From positions 8,928,001-8,992,000 of the forward strand of contig CATNEN010000038.1 of assembly GCA_950097015.1 (NCBI GenBank): a DNA stretch of 64,000 nt, read 5' to 3'. A program made the position numbers and the translations under genes. Each line of letters begins with the position of its first letter. Position 1 is the stretch's first letter. Shown one piece after another: positions 1 through 12,256 of this stretch. This stretch comes from Macrostomum hystrix (Eukaryota; Animalia; Platyhelminthes). The notes under the pieces are model-generated. The model was not told where the DNA came from, did not search any database, and saw only the letters and a list, made by a program, of their open reading frames with translations.

Positions 1-690
1 TCCCAAATCAAGGCCTGACCCAGAACTGAATCCCAAATCAAGGCCTGACCCAGAACTGAATCCCAAATTCAGGCCTGACCCAGAACTGAATCCCAAATTC
101 AGGCCTGACCCAGAACTGAATCCAAAATTCAGGCCTGACCCAGAACTGAATCACAAATCAAGGCCTGACCCAGAACTAGAATCCCAAATCAAGGCCTGAC
201 CCAGAACTGAATCCAAAATTCAGGCCTGACCCAGAACTGAATCCCAAATCAAGGCCTGACCCAGAACTAGAATCCCAAATTCAGGCCTGACCCAGAACTG
301 AATCCCAAATTCAGCCCTGACCCAGAACTGAATCCCAAATTCAGGCCAGACCCAGAACTGAATCCCAAATTCAGGCCTGACCCAGAACTAGAATCCCAAA
401 TTCAGGCCTGACCCAGAACTGAATCCCAAATTCAGCCCTGACCCAGAACTGAATCCCAAATTCAGGCCTGACCCAGAACTGAATCCCAAATTCAGGCCTG
501 ACCCAGAACTGAATCCCAAATTCAGGCCTGACCCAGAACTGAATCCCAAATTCAGGCCTGACCCAGAACTGAATCCCAAATCAAGGCCTGACCCAGAACT
601 GAATCCCAAATTCAGGCCTGACCCAGAACTAGAATCCCAAATCAAGGCCTGACCCAGAACTCAAATCCTAAATCACTGACCCAGAACCCG
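1..690. repeat. 30-bp minisatellite (TCCCAAATTCAGGCCTGACCCAGAACTGAA) in a BCR intron
   Basis: About 22 tandem copies visible directly; array continues off the left edge. Confidence 0.97.
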
Positions 691-716
691 AGCTACAGAA
701 ATGACAGCAAGCCCAC

Positions 717-3700
717 CTGGCAACTGTCGCACACTAGCAGCAGGTGATCAAAGAGAAACGCCGCCGTGGCCGAGTTGGCTGCTGGCAGGGTGCCCTGCGG
801 CAGCAGGGCCAGCAGGTCTTGATCGTCGGCCTCGCTGGCCGCGGTCAGCGCCTCGTGAAGTCTGGCGGTGAACAGCGGCTCCGGGAGTTCTCGCAGGTAC
901 AACTTTAGTAGGCCGGTGCACACGTGAATGTCCAGGCCATCCAGCCGCTTAGGCGGCCCCGGCCCGTCCGAGTCGATGCCGGCTCTGGCAGCCTGGGAGG
1001 GAAGCGTCGTTATGGAATGTCTAAATGACACAGTTCCGGTTCCGGCCAGTCAAGTCGGGATTCGAACCCCTGACCTTGAAGTCGTGAGTCCGCCGCTCTA
1101 ACCACTGGGCTACAAGCTCTCTTGCATATCTAGCTACCGTCAGCCTATTATAGATCACCTAATAACCAACCTGCAAATCCGTGACGGAGCCGGACACCCT
1201 GTACAGTCCCAGTTCGCTGAGGCAGCGATTCACCTGCAGAACCAGGGCCTGCATAAGCATGGGCACACCTGGTCGCGACAGTGGCTCCGCTATTAAAGAC
1301 TTCTCAGCTTCAACTAGTTGGTCTAGCGGAGTTCCAAACACAACAAGCTGCTGCTGCTGTTGCTGGTGTTGCGACTGCTGATGTTGCTGCTGCTGCGGCT
1401 TGTGTAGGACCTTCTGCTGCAGGACGCAGAGGTACTGGGGCACGTACGCTAAACTAAGCGTGAGCAGGAGCGGCTTGGCGCCTGCAGACAGGTAGTGGCA
1501 CTTGGCGCGGTAGTCGCGAAGGCCGCTCTCGCAGAGGCGCAGCTCCAGGTAGCCGATGTCGCTAGGCCGGGTCTTTGTGGAATCCAGCTGGGAGACCACA
1601 AACCTGCGCAATTGAAATCGAATTTATTGCCCATTAACCTTTCTGGCATATTTAGAGGATTAGAGAGGCTGAGAGGGAGAGTGTAAGAGAGGAAGACAAG
1701 GAGAGAGGAAGAGGGAAAGAAGGAGAGAGGAAGAGGGAAAGAGGTAGAGAGGAAGACAGGGAGAGAGGAAGAGGAAATGAGGGAGAGAGGGAGAGGGAAA
1801 GAGGGAGAGGCAGAGAGGGAGAGGCAGAGAGGGAGAGGCAGAGAGGCAGAGAGGAGCGTTAAACATGGACAGACGTAGGAGTCGGAAGCCAGGGCCGGCT
1901 GATCCGAAGGAAGCAGGAATGACCCACCGAATCGCGGTCTCCGTGCCGTCCAGGCTCAGCTGAAAGTCGCACTCGAATGTCGGCTGCGAGGTGACCTCCG
2001 GGCTGAAGGGCGTCGAGTGCACCCGCATGAAGTGCTGGCTGACATCCTTGACCTCGGTGGCCACACAGTAGCTGGCGGGCTCAGCCGGGCCCTCCAGCTT
2101 GTGCACCGTGACATTCAGCACCCCGACAAGGCCACCCTCGCCCTGCTGGCCATCGCTGTAATCGTCGTTGCCGTAGCCGCTATCGCCGACGCCGGCGATG
2201 CCAACATTTTCGTCGTTATTGTCGCCGCCGCCACCGCTTCCGTCAACGCAGTCGATGCCATCCTCCATGGACTGATGGTGCAGCTGCTGCTGCAGTTGCC
2301 TCCTCTGCCGTCGCAGGTAGCGATTGCCCAGGTCGGCCATGTCCTGAGCCACGTGCCGATAGGCCTGAAGCAGGTCCGCCACCTCCGTTTGGGAGACGAT
2401 CACCGGGTTGCAGTCAGCGCGAGGTCCCTGCACCTGCTGGATCTAGGCAGAGCCGCGGGAACGGAGGAATTATGATAAAGGGCACGAGTCTAAGAGTCTA
2501 AGCAAAACCAAAAACAGTTTTAACCCTAACCCCTAACACTTAAATGTCAAAAACACAAAAGTACAACCGACCACTAAAGTACAACCGACACAAAAGTACA
2601 ACAGACATAAAAGTACAACTTACAAAAAGCCGGATCAACATAAATGTACAATCGAGACTGATCTGAATTTCAATTGACACGAAAATAAAACTGACAAAAA
2701 ATATCGACCACTCAACCGCAGCATTCACAAGTTTTCATATCTACGGATAATTTTCTAGTTTGCCAATTGAGGTAATAGAAAAGCCAGAACCGGCTTTCTT
2801 ATTGACCTCACCAGATTGGCTCCAACCAGCTGCTCCCATTCGCGCCTCTCCAGCTCCGAGGACAGTAGCAGGGTGTATTGCTTCTCCTGGGTGCGGCCAA
2901 CCCGCAGCGGCACATTCGGCACCGTGACAATCAGCTGGGCCTGCAGGCGCCTCAGCTGTTCAACACAACGCTCCATTTGCCTGACAATCGCTGCGCCTCC
3001 ACGGCTAGCCTCGCCACGCAGCTGAGTCATCTCAGCCTGCAGGGCGCGGATTCGCATCTTTAGCGAGTTCTCAGACCGGCAGCGTCGGCTCTCCTGCTCC
3101 AGGGCTGCCTTGGACGGCGCCTGACGCTCCGAGGTGAACAGCGCGCAGGAGTTCTTGGCCACGTGCCACTTGGCCTGCAACGCCACCTCCTCCATCGATT
3201 CGGACGCGCCGAAGCCGGCGCCGGAGACGCTGTCGGCTGTCACGAGCCGCTGGCTGGCGCAGATCAAGACGTCGCTGAACAAGAAAACCCGGCGCAGCTT
3301 GCGCTGATTGCCAACAAGCTCCACCATCAGCTGCTGTTTGAGTAGGCGCCTGCAGCCACTGCCGATGTCGTTGATGTTGCCAACGCTGAAGCTGCGACTG
3401 ACGCCGGCGACGCCGCTTCCAGAGCCGCAGCCGGCAGTGTCGCCAGCGAACACTCGCTGCAGCTTCTGGCAGAACTCGTCCAGTTTGGGTAGATCCGGGT
3501 GGCCAGCTGGTGTTACCTGGCGGGTTTAGTTAAATGATTGTGAATAATGAAGCCGTTTACTGATTTACTGACTGCAAATCAGCAAGTCAGGGTAATGCAG
3601 TTACCTGCGCTAACAGTTTGCAGTTCTCAGCGTGCGTCACAAGCCAGCGAGCGGGCAGAGAGACGAGGTCTACAACGCCTATCACCTCGCTGCGCTTCAA

Positions 3701-6634
3701 CTCCGGGGACGTCACCGTCAAAACAGGACGACCGCTGCTCTCGCCGACAACCTTGAATTCAGGATTGAGAGAGTTCTGTACCCTCTTTATGATAGACTAA
3801 CAACAGGGGGCGGTGGCAAAGCGGTTAACGCGTTTGCCTCTCGCACCAAGGTCCCTAAGTTCGATTCCGCATCGAGGCAAAATTTATTTTGGGCGCAGCC
3901 GCGGAGAGAAGGCTTGAGGGCTTGTCGTGCAATTTACGCCCTTAAGGGCAACTGCGCTGTACACTGCCTGACGATGAGAAGGTCAGAGCAGATGTACACA
4001 CCGAGTGTGTACCTGCGTACAGTATCTGTGTGCGTGTGTGCTCAGGAGTCAGCGAAATGGGCGGAATCGCCTCCTCGCTGGCTACGGGTCTAATGGCACC
4101 AAATTATGCGCCATCGCCCGCAGCCGTCCTGCAATTATTATTATTTTTTTATACACGAAGAACATATAACGCAGAATAACAAAGATTGCGCAGATGAACC
4201 GAAGCCCACCCTGAACAGGTCGCAAAACTCAGGCATGCTGGCCAGCTTTTGTACCGCCTGCCTCGAGGCGAACAAATGCCCGGCGTACTCAGCAATGGCC
4301 CTGCACTCGATCAGCGACATGTAGAGGTCGCCGATGCAGCTGGCAGAGGTCCAATTGGACAACCGGGCCTCCAGGGTGCGGACAAACGACTCCTGGGCAG
4401 TCTGGCGGGCGGAGCGTTGGATTTCTTAGAATTAGAGGCAGCGGGACACATGCAGCCCTGATCCTTCAGCGGGACACATTCAGCCCTGATCCTTCAGCGG
4501 GACACATTCAGCCCTGATCCTTCAGCGGGACACATTCAGCCCTGATCCTTCAGCGGGACTTGACTTAGCGGCAGGGAGCCTCCATGACGGACTTCAGCGG
4601 GACACATTCAGCCCTGATCCTTCAGCGGGACACATTCAGCCCTGATCCTTCAGCGGGACACATTCAGCCCTGATCCTTCAGCGGGACACATTCAGCCCTG
4701 ATCATTCAGCGGGACACATACAGCCCTGATCCTTCAGCGGGACACATACAGCTCTGATCCTTCAACGGTACACATTCAGCTCTGATCCTTCAACGGTACA
4801 CATTCAGCTCTGATCCTTCAGCGGGACACATTCAGCTCTGATCCTTCAGCGGGACACATTCAGCTCTGATCCTTCAGCGGGACACATTCAGCTCTGATCC
4901 TTCAGCGGGACACATTCAGCCCTGATCCTTCAGCGGGACACATTCAGCCCTGATCATTCAGCGGGACACATACAGCCCTGATCCTTCAGCGGGACACATA
5001 CAGCTCTGATCCTTCAACGGTACACATTCAGCTCTGATCCTTCAACGGTACACATTCAGCTCTGATCCTTCAGCGGGACACATTCAGCTCTGATCCTTCA
5101 GCGGGACACATTCAGCTCTGATCCTTCAGCGGGACACATTCAGCCCTGATCCTTCAGCGGGACACATTCAGCTCTGATCCTTCAACGGTACACATTCAGC
5201 CCTGATCCTTCAGTGGGACACATTCAGCCCTGATCCTTCAGCGGGACACATTCAGCCCTGATCCTTCAGCGGGGCACATTCAGCGGAATTTTGACTCATC
5301 AATGCTAACTATAAAGTTCAATTGGACACTGTCAGGGCTGGACCACTGACCTGAAGCTCGTCGAAGCGGTAGAATGCTTCTCCAACCAGCTCGGCAGCGG
5401 AGCGGCAGCCAGATGAGCGTTGGCCGGCGCAGCGAACAGCGCTGCAGCATTGTGACAGGACCCGAAGAGCGCACAGATGAAAAGCTTCTTCTTGTTGGAC
5501 GCGCTGGGCAATAACTAGACGCTGCTGCTGCTGTTGTTGTTGTTGCTGCTGCTCGACTGTGGCTGCGGAGTCTGTTTGATCTGTCCCACCGCCGGCCTCC
5601 GGCTCCTCGCAGGGCACAGTGTACCGGACGCTGGTTCGGTCGAAACCGCCGTGCGGAGGAATCGGCGGTGGCTCTGGCGGCGGCGACGGCGGCGGCAAAG
5701 GCGGCTGTGGACGATGCGGCCGATTCGAGCCCCGGATCCTCGACGGCTTCGGGGGCAACGGCGGCGGCGAGGCCTGCCGGCGCTGAGTTCGGAGCTCCAG
5801 CACCGAGGCGTAGACTGGCTCGTCGGCCAGGTATTCCTGCAGGACGGACAGCGAATGCTCGGAGAATCAACACCTGACTCAGACTGAGTCGTTTAGCTAC
5901 TGAAATCACTCGCTCAAAAGGTATCAGAAACAAAAAAATAGTCTACAGGCTTTGCTCTCTGCTCCGCTCTCGGGTGAATCGGGGGAAGCTCGTGCTTATG
6001 ATTTATACAGGCCGCTCTCTGATCATGCTGGAGCCTTACACTGGATAGCAAATTAAGTCCTGAAGAACCTGCCAGTGTTGATCTTCGAATAAGCAAACTT
6101 CGATTTTGTATCTTACTAGGGGCTAAACATAAATTCATGCCGGCGCTGCGCGCATATTTATGCCTCAATCAATTCCGGTTTAGTCAGAAGTCTTCGAAAA
6201 CAGATTTCAGAACACTAATTCGAAAATCTAATTAAAGAATCATATGGCGCGTTTTTAGTTCTTCAAACCTGCAACGAAGTGACGCCCTGGCTGTGGTTGC
6301 CGACGCCAATCGAGCTACCAACGCCGCCGCTGGCGAGGCCACTGCCGACGCCCCTGCTAACAATGCCGCAGAGCTTGTCTGCACAGTCGGTGAGGAATCC
6401 AACCAGGAATCTCTGCCGGGCTGCCCTCCGCTCCGCCTCGGCCAGCTGGCGCTGAGCGTCGGCCACCGCCGCATGCAGGGCTGCCAGCTGGTCGACCGCG
6501 GCAGCGCCAGAGCCGTTCAGAACCTGCCAAACTTCATCTGGGCCAGCGCCGAACTCTAAGCGGTGCTGCCGGTCGAAGTCGGCCCGAAAATCGCGACCGA
6601 GCACGGCGCTTTGCGAGTCAACTGGGGAGACTGA
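717..6634 (-). CDS. BCR: BCR/ABR-like Rho GEF-GAP (N-terminal coiled coil, DH, PH, C2, RhoGAP); 3' end lies beyond the left edge of the window
   Basis: Exons with frame-consistent GT-AG boundaries: 6634-6269, 5836-5351, 4392-4210, 3751-3605, 3516-2812, 2442-1928, 1603-1171, 992-717. Motifs: ERRAARQRFLVGFL (like the BCR oligomerisation helix QERFRMIYL); RLSNW...IGDL and TPAGHPD (DH); RRVFLFSDVLIC (PH); GVLNVTVHKLEG (C2); VFGTPL...GLYRVSGS (arginine finger) and LLKLYLRELPEPLFT (RhoGAP). No in-frame ATG until about codon 309. Confidence 0.85.
1045..1112 (-). mobile_element. tRNA-derived SINE head or tRNA pseudogene (family B)
   Basis: Minus strand reads GTAGCCCAGTGGTTAGAGCG...GACTCACGA...GGTTCGAATCCC, containing pol III A and B boxes. 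Acceptor stem is imperfect. Similar copy at 26099. Confidence 0.6.
1668..1856. repeat. GA-rich low-complexity repeat in a BCR intron
   Basis: Purine-only run of GAGAGG/GGAAGA units. Confidence 0.85.
3806..4145 (+). mobile_element. tRNA-derived SINE, family A, full length
   Basis: A box GGTGGCAAAGCGG, B box AGTTCGATTCC, shared body (CTTGTCGTGCAATTT...CTCAGGAGTCAGCGAAATGG) and (ATT)n tail. Homologous copies elsewhere in the window. Confidence 0.8.
4438..5286. repeat. 28-bp minisatellite (AGCGGGACACATTCAGCCCTGATCCTTC) in BCR intron 2
   Basis: About 29 tandem copies; a 252-bp (9-unit) higher-order duplication; a 35-bp unrelated insert at about 4558-4592. Confidence 0.97.
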
Positions 6635-8132
6635 CTGGAAGAAACTGATGCACTCTGTGGTAAATGGCTAAAGTTTGCCTCAATGTTAATATTAGTTAAA
6701 TGCCTCGTCATCTAATTAGAGATGCTAATCATTGCCTTCTTTACCAAGCCATCATCTAGAACTAGGGCCTATTCAGCAAAAACCAAATGAGGAATTTTAT
6801 TACAGCCACTAAATAGCTACACACATTAATCTTGAAGTACCATATGAATTTATAGCAGCACCATAAATAAGGTTCCCCAGCTGGCTAATGTGTCTAAAGT
6901 TATTGTTTTACATAGACCGTTTTTGGATTAAAAAAATTAGCAGGCTGCAGGTCAAACCTAATAAGATAAATATATATATATTAAGATAAATAAATAGTAA
7001 ACCAAATAGCTTAATCAAACAAGATTTATGTAAAACTAGTCATTTATCAACAGTTTCAATTCTGATTCGGAGTGATTTCTTAACATTTGTTGATCTAAAT
7101 TAAAAGGAAAACGAAACTAAAAAAGTCCTGTTTCACAGTTAATTAATATGAAACATAAGATAAGTGGTTAAAAGCATATAGCTGCATAAGATAGCCAACA
7201 GTTATATTGAAAAAGCCACATGATGTATATATAAATGTGAATTATTAAAAGCTTATATATTAAAAAAGCCAGTATTTAGCATTTTGAAAAAAACACTGCA
7301 ACTTTTTGTTATGAGTAACTTTTTCTACAATTTCATAAATAGAGCAAAACTACATATATATTTATCCTAGGCTAACTACTACCAAAACTACAAGATATAG
7401 CTTCAAGCTCATAAAAATTTAGATAATATATGCTTTATTCAGCTTCAAAACTAGCATATAATAATAAATACTGATTTTTATTGAATTTTTTCTCATGTAT
7501 AACACAGAATGAAGCACAAAGGAACAAAAAATAGCTGCTTAGCTTAAAAAATAAGACTCAGAGTAAAAAACTAAGAGACATAACTGAGACGTTTCTGAGA
7601 CTGATACTGAGACGTACTCTAAATGTGTTTTTAACAGCTAAATAAAATAATTAAGTAATTTGCTAAAAATACTCTATTTCTATTCCTAACAAAAAGAAAA
7701 GTGATACAGCTTTGTTAACTTACAAATAAACAGTTACAGTATCTGGTTTTTTGTATTTTGTTTCTACTTTTGAAGCATATACACAGATTGTATTGCTAAA
7801 AATGTTAAATAGTTACGATAAAAAATTGTTTTTTACTATGTATTTCGAAGCCCTAATGACATAAAAAATTACATTTAGATCCATCTCCAGCAACACAAAA
7901 AGTTGGCGTGCCAACCAATCTGGAAATTACTGTTTCCTAAAAAGATAGCAACTCGAAAAATGCGCTTTTCTGGCATAGTAAAACAAAAAAGAGATCGAAC
8001 CGAAGTACGTAAAGTTTAAAGAATTAAAATAAAAATGCTAGCAAGCTAAACTTCTAACATATTTTGGATTTATTCATCATGCGCATGTTTTAAAAAGCTT
8101 TACGAAAAGTATTTAGCTTATTACCACCCAGC

Positions 8133-8566
8133 CGTGTTGACGACTTTTAGGCTACATCGAACATGCGCGACGGTCGCCTAATAGGCAACTCCAAACATGT
8201 TCTTTGTGCCGAGAACATGTTCTTTTAAATTAATAAGGCTAAGTATTATTTAAACTTTAAACTTTGACTTAAAAATATATGAAATAAATATATTTCAGTA
8301 TTTTTCTATAAATTCTATCTAAATCAATATAACTTTTCTAGTACCTGGAATGAGTTTTTGAAAGCGCAGATCAACTTTCTGGTGCTGCAGCAGTGTATCA
8401 CATATATCACATATTTATTAATCTATAAATTAATATTTTTTACATTACGAAGCCTTATAAATTAAAAAGAACATGTTCTCGGAACAAATAACGTTCTGAT
8501 TTGCCTATTAGGCAACCCTCGCGCATTTTCGATTACCGTTTCTTAGACCCTATCTCTGTCAACACG
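8133..8566. mobile_element. Degenerate foldback/MITE with about 110-bp imperfect terminal inverted repeats
   Basis: CGTGTTGAC...GCCTAATAGGCAA...CCGAGAACATGTTCTTTTAAATT...AAGGCT is mirrored by AGCCTT...AATTAAAAAGAACATGTTCTCGG...TTGCCTATTAGGC...GTCAACACG. Confidence 0.7.
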
Positions 8567-9955
8567 TTATTACTGAATTATTACTCATACGAAGGCGTTA
8601 TTTCTGACTAATAGTCTTACTCCCTTTTAGTATCCGCAATAAAGGTTTAATCGTTCTTTGCACCGTCGGAAGCCAACAAGTAAAACCCTGGGTCAATATT
8701 TTGTGCATTTGCTTAAACCTGGATTTTAAATGGGACGGTTTAAAACAGTTTTCGTACAAAATGACAAATATGAAGGTAAACTACATGCCTCATTGGCAAA
8801 GTCAAGCGTATATTATCTCGGAAGGATTAAAGTATTCTAGTGACTCCAAGGTGCGACGTACCTTGGCTGTCAGACAGGCGACGCAAGTCCGAGCCTACAG
8901 GCTAACGTCTTTGTTAATGTGCTGGCCCAAACGAACTTGGCGGCGATCTCTCAACGTATTCAATTTTGCGAGACACTTAAATAATGTATAATCAGCCGTC
9001 TTTTAGATATTTGATATAGTTAGTGGAGATAATAAAGACAAATTACTAGATATAATTAGCTACTAGCGTTGCCTGCAGTTATAACTATTTAAATAATACA
9101 AGATGTAGCTTACAAGAAAGAAACCATTAAAGAAACAAAACACGCGCGAAGAAAATATTTTATTCTTCATGGTTTCTGATCTATTTACTTAAACAGGAGC
9201 TAGAATAATGCTTAAACGGAAAATAATAATATTTGATGAGATCCAAAAGCAGATCGTAGAAGCTATCCGGAATTTTTGCTATTCGACGGTGTAATTTAAA
9301 TTTACCAAAAATAACCCAAGCACACAGCACAGTGCACTATGAGACGTTACTGAGTAGCAACTGAATACTGAGAAAGGCTTCGAGAAATAGCAATTTACAA
9401 GCACAAATTAATTGCACACATGCATAAACTGTATTGCTGCATAGCCTTTGAAAAGCAGACAAACAGTAAAAGTTTAGTAAGTAATATAAATACGACCTAA
9501 TTAAGAAAAGCTGATGTGATGGCAAACTGTTTAGTGACGAAAAATACGTATCTTTGAAATCTAAAATCTTTTTTTAGATTTTGCAAACGCAAACGTTACA
9601 GTCCGAGTAATAATAAACAGTTTTAATCAACTTGAGTAAATAAAGAAAACTTTTTTCTACAGAACCAAATTCTAAATGAGTTAATTATCAAATCACTTAT
9701 CCACAATTGGATGGGCAGTTGCCGTTTTTCCAAGTCAATTAAGAGAATTTCAAATGATGAGCGCACTATATTCGCGTATCGCAGGGCACCGCGATGTCGT
9801 GTCTATAATAACACAGAATGTTCTCTTGAAAAATTTAAAGAGAGCAGACAAAAAGGGAAATGTTGGAAAAAAACAGCTTTGACTAAGAGGTACAGGTGGC
9901 ATAACACAGTATGACACAATAAAGCTGTACTGCATTACAATATAAACTAAAATAT

Positions 9956-12016
9956 CAGTGAGTATCAGTATGAGGATCTGGGAGGGTTGATGTGTCAGTT
10001 GCGGGATCTGGGAGGGTTGATGTGTCAGTAGGGAGATCTGGGAGGGTTGATGTGTCAGTATCGGGATCTGGGAGGGTTGATGTGTCAGTATCGGGATCTG
10101 GGAGGGTTGATGTGTCAGTAGGGAGATCTGGGAGGGTTGATGTGTCAGTATCGGGATCTGGGAGGGTTGATGTGTCAGTTGCGGGATCTGGGAGGGTTGA
10201 TGTGTCAGTAGGGAGATCTAGGAGGGTTGATGTGTCAGTATCGGGATCTGGGAGGGTTGATGTGTCAGTATCGGGATCTGGGAGGGTTGATGTGTCAGTA
10301 TCGGGATCTGGGAGGGTTGATGTGTCAGTAGGGAGATCTGGGAGGGTTGATGTGTCAGTATCGGGATCTGGGAGGGTTGATGTGTCAGTATCGGGATCTG
10401 GGAGGGTTGATGTGTCAGTTGCGGGATCTGGGAGGGTTGTGTCAGTTGCGGGATCTGGGAGGGTTGATGTGTCAGTTGCGGGATCTGGGAGGGTTGATGT
10501 GTCAGTATCGGGATCTGGGAGGGTTGATGTGTCAGTTGCGGGATCTGGGAGGGTTGATGTGTCAGTTGCGGGATCTGGGAGGGTTGACGTGTCAGTATCG
10601 GGATCTAGGAGGGTTGATGTGTCAGTTGCGGGATCTAGGAGGGTTGATGTGTCAGTATCGGGATCTGGGAGGGTTGATGTGTCAGTATCGGGATCTGGGA
10701 GGGTTGATGTGTCAGTATCGGGATCTAGGAGGGTTGATGTGTCAGTTGCGGGATCTGGGAGGGTTGATGTGTCAGTTGCGGGATCTGGGAGGGTTGATGT
10801 GTCAGTATCGGGATCTGAGAGGGTTGATGTGTCAGTATCGGGATCTGGGAGGGTTGATGTGTCAGTATCGGGATCTGAGAGGGTTGATGTGTCAGTATCG
10901 GGATCTGGGAGGGTTGATGTGTCAGTATCGGGATCTGGGAGGGTTGATGTGTCAGTTGCGGGATCTGGGAGGGTTGATGTGTCAGTATCGGGATCTGGGA
11001 GGGTTGATGTGTCAGTTGCGGGATCTGGGAGGGTTGATGTGTCAGTATCGGGATCTAGGAGGGTTGATGTGTCAGTATCGGGATCTAGGAGGGTTGATGT
11101 GTCAGTATCGGGATCTAGGAGGGTTGATGTGTCAGTATCGGGATCTAGGAGGGTTGATGTGTCAGTATCGGGATCTAGGAGGGTTGATGTGTCAGTTGCG
11201 GGATCTGGGAGGGTTGATGTGTCAGTATCGGGATCTGGGAGGGTTGATGTGTCAGTATCGGGATCTGAGAGGGTTGATGTGTCAGTATCGGGATCTGGGA
11301 GGGTTGATGTGTCAGTTGCGGGATCTGAGAGGGTTGATGTGTCAGTATCGGGATCCGAGAGGGTTGATGTGTCAGTATCGGGATCTGCGAGGGTTGATGT
11401 GTCAGTATCGGGATCTGAGAGGGTTGATGTGTCAGTATCGGGATCTGGGAGGGTTGATGTGTCAGTATCGGGATCTGGGAGGGTTGATGTGTCAGTATCG
11501 GGATCTGAGAGGGTTGATGTGTCAGTATCGGGATCTGGGAGGGTTGATGTGTCAGTATCGGGATCTGGGAGGGTTGATGTGTCAGTATCGGGATCTAGGA
11601 GGGTTGATGTGTCAGTATCGGGATCTAGGAGGGTTGATGTGTCAGTATCGGGATCTAGGAGGGTTGATGTGTCAGTATCGGGATCTAGGAGGGTTGATGT
11701 GTCAGTATCGGGATCTAGGAGGGTTGATGTGTCAGTATCGGGATCTAGGAGGGTTGATGTGTCAGTTGCGGGATCTGGTAGGGTTGATGTGTCAGTATCG
11801 GGATCTGGGAGGGTTGATGTGTCAGTATCGGGATCTGAGAGGGTTGATGTGTCAGTATCGGGATCTGGGAGGGTTGATGTGTCAGTATCGGGATCTGAGA
11901 GGGTTGATGTGTCAGTATCGGGATCTGGGAGGGTTGATGTGTCAGTAGGGAGATCTGGGAGGGTTGATGTGTCAGTTGCGGGATCTGGGAGGGTTGATGT
12001 GTCAGTATGAGGATCT
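9956..12016. repeat. 30-bp minisatellite (GTCAGTATCGGGATCTGGGAGGGTTGATGT), about 68 copies
   Basis: Direct tandem repetition; generates the repetitive ORFs on both strands. Confidence 0.98.
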
Positions 12017-12256
12017 TTAAGGGAATACGAAAGCAAAATGTTTACTTGTTTATACATCGTTGCCAATCGAGTTGAATTTTAAGAAGCGAAAGTAATGCAG
12101 AAAGACAAGCGAATACGTGAGTAGACAAGCCTGGTAATACCGTACTGGTGATTATCCAATATACTATAAAAAGTTGTATAGACAATCGGACAGCAGGTTG
12201 GTTCATGAAGGCATATTATAGTATGATGTACAATCAATTGCAGGCCGATTAAATTT

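Noticed and set aside
1045-1112. Functional tRNA-Val(CAC), here and at 26099-26168
   Set aside because: Acceptor and D stems do not pair properly; more consistent with SINE heads. tRNAscan-SE would decide.
2521-2640. Telomeric CCCTAA repeats
   Set aside because: Only two or three imperfect units next to an AAAAGTACAAC repeat inside an intron; probably a repeat-element remnant.
4558-4592. Microexon hidden within the 28-bp array
   Set aside because: It would introduce a stop (TAA) in the BCR frame, and exons 2 and 3 already join in frame.
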